Below, in pieces: positions 59,480 to 64,000 of a stretch of 64,000 nt of DNA. Both the position numbers and the translations under genes were made by a program. The notes beneath the pieces are model-generated. The model was not told where the DNA came from. It did not search any database and was given only the letters and a program-made list of their open reading frames with translations. The first letter of the stretch is position 1. Every line of letters starts with the position of its first letter. The stretch comes from Auanema rhodensis (Eukaryota > Animalia > Nematoda), in the NCBI GenBank assembly GCA_964057225.1, contig OZ059894.1:5022001-5086000 (forward strand), read 5' to 3'.

Positions 59480-61600
59480 GAATTAATTTTTTCGTTGAAT
59501 AACATTGTCCATCGTCTTTGCCTTGAAAAAAGGAATCTAAAAACATCTACTTTTTGCTAAATTATTTTGAAATTTTTCGAAAAAATTTTTGTCAAAATGT
59601 TTTTGGAAGCAATGTTGAGTGTACATGGAAACTCAACATACACTAATGCATCATTTTTCAAACGATCAAAACTAATTTTTGTATTAAGCGTTTCTCAAAG
59701 AAGTATAGTGCATTCGATGCGGATTTTCAAGCTGCGTCGATCTGTGTTATCAGATTTGCGCTAGCTTAAAAATGCACCGAGATATCAACTGATATAAGTT
59801 CACACTTATATCCTCGATTTTCACCCTGAAGAATTAATTTTTTCGTTGAATAACATTGTCCATCGTCTTTGCCTTGAAAAAAGGAATCTAAAAACATCTA
59901 CTTTTTGCTAAATTATTTTGAAATTTTTCGAAAAAATTTTTGTCAAAATGTTTTTGGAAGCTATGTTGAGTGTACATGGAAACTCAACATACACTAATGC
60001 ATCATTTTTCAAACGATCATAACTAATTTTTGTATTAAGCGTTTCTCAAAGTAGTATAGTGCATTCGATGCGGATTTTCAAGTTGCGTCGATCTGTGTTA
60101 TCAGATTTGCGCTAGCTTAAAAATGCACCGAGATATCAACTGATATAAGTTCACACTTATATCCTCGATTTTCACCCTGAAGAATTAATTTTTTCGTTGA
60201 ATAACATTGTCCATCGTCTTTGCCTTGAAAAAAGGAATCTAAAAACATCTACTTTTTGCTAAATTATTTTGAAATTTTTCGAAAAAATTTTTGTCAAAAT
60301 GTTTTTGGAAGCTATGTTGAGTGTACATGGAAACTCAACATACACTAATGCATCATTTTTCAAACGATCATAACTAATTTTTGTATTAAGCGTTTCTCAA
60401 AGTAGTATAGTGCATTCGATGCGGATTTCCAAGCTGCGTCGATCTGTGTTATCAGATTTGCGCTAGCTTAAAAATGCACCGAGATATCAACTGATATAAG
60501 TTCACACTTATATCCTCCATTTTCACCCTGAAGAATTAATTTTTTCGTTGAATAACATTGTCCATCGTCTTTGCCTTGAAAAAAGGAATCTAAAAACATC
60601 TACTTTTTGCTAAATTATTTTGAAATTTTTCGAAAAAATTTTTGTCAAAATGTTTTTGGAAGCAATGTTGAGTGTACATGGAAACTCAACATACACTAAT
60701 GCATCATTTTTCAAACGATCAAAACTAATTTTTGTATTAAGCGTTTCTCAAAGAAGTATAGTGCATTCGATGCGGATTTTCAAGCTGCGTCGATCTGTGT
60801 TATCAGATTTGCGCTAGCTTAAAAATGCACCGAGATATCAACTGATATAAGTTCACACTTATATCCTCGATTTTCACCCTGAAGAATTAATTTTTTCGTT
60901 GAATAACATTGTCCATCGTCTTTGCCTTGAAAAAAGGAATCTAAAAACATCTACTTTTTGCTAAATTATTTTGAAATTTTTCGAAAAAATTTTTGTCAAA
61001 ATGTTTTTGGAAGCTATGTTGAGTGTACATGGAAACTCAACATACACTAATGCATCATTTTTCAAACGATCATAACTAATTTTTGTATTAAGCGTTTCTC
61101 AAAGTAGTATAGTGCATTCGATGCGGATTTTCAAGTTGCGTCGATCTGTGTTATCAGATTTGCGCTAGCTTAAAAATGCACCGAGATATCAACTGATATA
61201 AGTTCACACTTATATCCTCGATTTTCACCCTGAAGAATTAATTTTTTCGTTGAATAACATTGTCCATCGTCTTTGCCTTGAAAAAAGGAATCTAAAAACA
61301 TCTACTTTTTGCTAAATTATTTTGAAATTTTTCGAAAAAATTTTTGTCAAAATGTTTTTGGAAGCTATGTTGAGTGTACATGGAAACTCAACATACACTA
61401 ATGCATCATTTTTCAAACGATCATAACTAATTTTTGTATTAAGCGTTTCTCAAAGTAGTATAGTGCATTCGATGCGGATTTCCAAGCTGCGTCGATCTGT
61501 GTTATCAGATTTGCGCTAGCTTAAAAATGCACCGAGATATCAACTGATATAAGTTCACACTTATATCCTCCATTTTCACCCTGAAGAATTAATTTTTTCG
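59480..61600 (+). repeat. Tandem higher-order repeat: 2 x 3 monomers (1053-bp unit); boundaries approximate
   Basis: The GCAATG / GATCAAAAC / CAAAGAAG monomer occurs at 59567 and 60620 (ORF track, +1053), each followed by the same two monomer types. Confidence 0.9.
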
Positions 61601-63869
61601 TTGAATAACATTGTCCATCGTCTTTGCCTTGAAAGAAGGAATCTAAAAACATCTACTTTTTGCTAAATTATTTTGAAATTTTTCGAAAAAATTTTTGTCA
61701 AAATGTTTTTGGAAGCTATGTTGAGTGTACATGGAAACTCAACATACACTAATGCATCATTTTTCAAACGATCATAACTAATTTTTGTATTAAGCGTTTC
61801 TCAAAGTAGTATAGTGCATTCGATGCGGATTTCCAAGCTGCGTCGATCTGTGTTATCAGATTTGCGCTAGCTTAAAAATGCACCGAGATATCAACTGATA
61901 TAAGTTCACACTTATATCCTCCATTTTCACCCTGAAGAATTAATTTTTTCGTTGAATAACATTGTCCATCGTCTTTGCCTTGAAAGAAGGAATCTAAAAA
62001 CATCTACTTTTTGCTAAATTATTTTGAAATTTTTCGAAAAAATTTTTGTCAAAATGTTTTTGGAAGCTATGTTGAGTGTACATGGAAACTCAACATACAC
62101 TAATGCATCATTTTTCAAACGATCATAACTAATTTTTGTATTAAGCGTTTCTCAAAGTAGTATAAAGCATTCGATGCGGATTTCCAAGCTGCGTCGATCT
62201 GTGTTATCAGATTTGCGCTAGCTTAAAAATGCACCGAGATATCAACTGATATAAGTTTAATACAAAAATTAGTTATGATCGTTTGAAAAATGATGCATTA
62301 GTGTATGTTGAGTTTCCATGTACACTCAACATAGCTTCCAAAAACATTTTGACAAAAATTTTTTCGAAAAATTTCAAAATAATTTAGCAAAAAGTAGATG
62401 TTTTTAGATTCCTTCTTTCAAGGCAAAGACGATGGACAATGTTATTCAACGAAAAAATTAATTCTTCAGGGTGAAAATGGAGGATATAAGTGTGAACTTA
62501 TATCAGTTGATATCTCGGTGCATTTTTAAGCTAGCGCAAATCTGATAACACAGATCGACGCAGCTTGGAAATCCGCATCGAATGCACTATACTACTTTGA
62601 GAAACGCTTAATACAAAAATTAGTTATGATCGTTTGAAAAATGATGCATTAGTGTATGTTGAGTTTCCATGTACACTCAACATAGCTTCCAAAAACATTT
62701 TGACAAAAATTTTTTCGAAAAATTTCAAAATAATTTAGCAAAAAGTAGATGTTTTTAGATTCCTTCTTTCAAGGCAAAGACGATGGACAATGTTATTCAA
62801 CGAAAAAATTAATTCTTCAGGGTGAAAATGGAGGATATAAGTGTGAACTTATATCAGTTGATATCTCGGTGCATTTTTAAGCTAGCGCAAATCTGATAAC
62901 ACAGATCGACGCAGCTTGGAAATCCGCATCGAATGCACTATACTACTTTGAGAAACGCTTAATACAAAAATTAGTTATGATCGTTTGAAAAATGATGCAT
63001 TAGTGTATGTTGAGTTTCCATGTACACTCAACATAGCTTCCAAAAACATTTTGACAAAAATTTTTTCGAAAAATTTCAAAATAATTTAGCAAAAAGTAGA
63101 TGTTTTTAGATTCCTTTTTTCAAGGCAAAGACGATGGACAATGTTATTTAACGAAAAAATTAATTCTTCAGGGTGAAAATCGAGGATATAAGTGTGAACT
63201 TATATCAGTTGATATCTCGGTGCATTTTTAAGCTAGCGCAAATCTGATAACACAGATCGACGCAACTTGAAAATCCGCATCGAATGCACTATACTACTTT
63301 GAGAAACGCTTAATACAAAAATTAGTTATGATCGTTTGAAAAATGATGCATTAGTGTATGTTGAGTTTCCATGTACACTCAACATAGCTTCCAAAAACAT
63401 TTTGACAAAAATTTTTTCGAAAAATTTCAAAATAATTTAGCAAAAAGTAGATGTTTTTAGATTCCTTTTTTCAAGGCAAAGACGATGGACAATGTTATTC
63501 AACGAAAAAATTAATTCTTCAGGGTGAAAATCGAGGATATAAGTGTGAACTTATATCAGTTGATATCTCTGTGCATTTTTAAGCTAGCGCAAATCTGATA
63601 ACACAGATCGACGCAGCTTGAAAATCCGCATCGAATGCACTATACTTCTTTGAGAAACGCTTAATACAAAAATTAGTTTTGATCGTTTGAAAAATGATGC
63701 ATTAGTGTATGTTGAGTTTCCATGTACACTCAACATTGCTTCCAAAAACATTTTGACAAAAATTTTTTCGAAAAATTTCAAAATAATTTAGCAAAAAGTA
63801 GATGTTTTTAGATTCCTTTTTTCAAGGCAAAGACGATGGACAATGTTATTCAACGAAAAAATTAATTCT
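60532..63869. repeat. Fold-back inverted duplication (palindrome): arms 60532-62144 and 62257-63869, 112-bp spacer 62145-62256
   Basis: Rare variants mirror at coordinate sum 124401: G61986/C62415, G61635/C62766, and ORF-track entries 60620..60817(+) and 63584..63781(-). Two mismatches seen, at 63149 and 63570. Confidence 0.95.
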
Positions 63870-64000
63870 CCAGGGTGAAAATCAAGGATATAAGTGTGAA
63901 CTTATATCAGTTGATATCTCGGTGCATTTTTAAGCTAGCGCAAATCTGATAACACAGATCGACGCAGCTTAAAAATCCGCATCGAATGCACTATACTACA
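62257..64000 (-). repeat. Same 351-bp satellite in inverted orientation (~5 monomers, runs off window edge)
   Basis: From 62257 the sequence reads TTAATACAAAAATTAGTTATGATCG..., the reverse complement of monomer position 61 backwards, and keeps the 351-bp period (next copy at 62608). Confidence 0.99.

Larger units (their letters stand above)
1..62257 (+). repeat. 351-bp tandem satellite array, forward orientation (177 full monomers + 174-bp partial)
   Basis: GGAAACTCAACATACAC recurs at 1, 352, 703 and so on. The last monomer starts at 62084 = 1 + 177x351 - 44, matching the five deletions seen (1 bp ~6245, 14 bp 8388, 1 bp ~8457, 14 bp 13287, 14 bp 22048). Monomers differ at only a handful of sites. 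The array runs off the left edge. Confidence 0.99.

Noticed and set aside
1-64000. CRISPR array or repeat-spacer system
   Set aside because: No unique spacers. Whole 351-bp units are near-identical and no cas or other genes are present.

Overview
The whole 64-kb window is one AT-rich (~31% GC, counted on monomer 1) tandem satellite with a 351-bp monomer. There are no credible genes, RNA genes, transposons or CRISPR arrays. Positions 1-62257 hold 177 complete monomers plus a 174-bp partial monomer, head-to-tail, with only 44 bp of net indel. At 62257 the array switches orientation. The inverted part is a fold-back mirror copy of the immediately preceding monomers (mirrored coordinates sum to 124401; 112-bp spacer). 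The two arms have since diverged by 2 SNPs and a 3-monomer duplication in the left arm. The breakpoint lies in the loop of one of several hairpins built into the monomer. Diagnostic variants show local higher-order duplications (3-, 8-, 10-mers and dispersed blocks), regional variant domains, a recurrent 14-bp microhomology deletion and short divergent patches that look like conversion tracts. This looks like eukaryotic (peri)centromeric or heterochromatic satellite, but I cannot name the family or organism. All five listed ORFs are by-products of single SNPs in the repeat.
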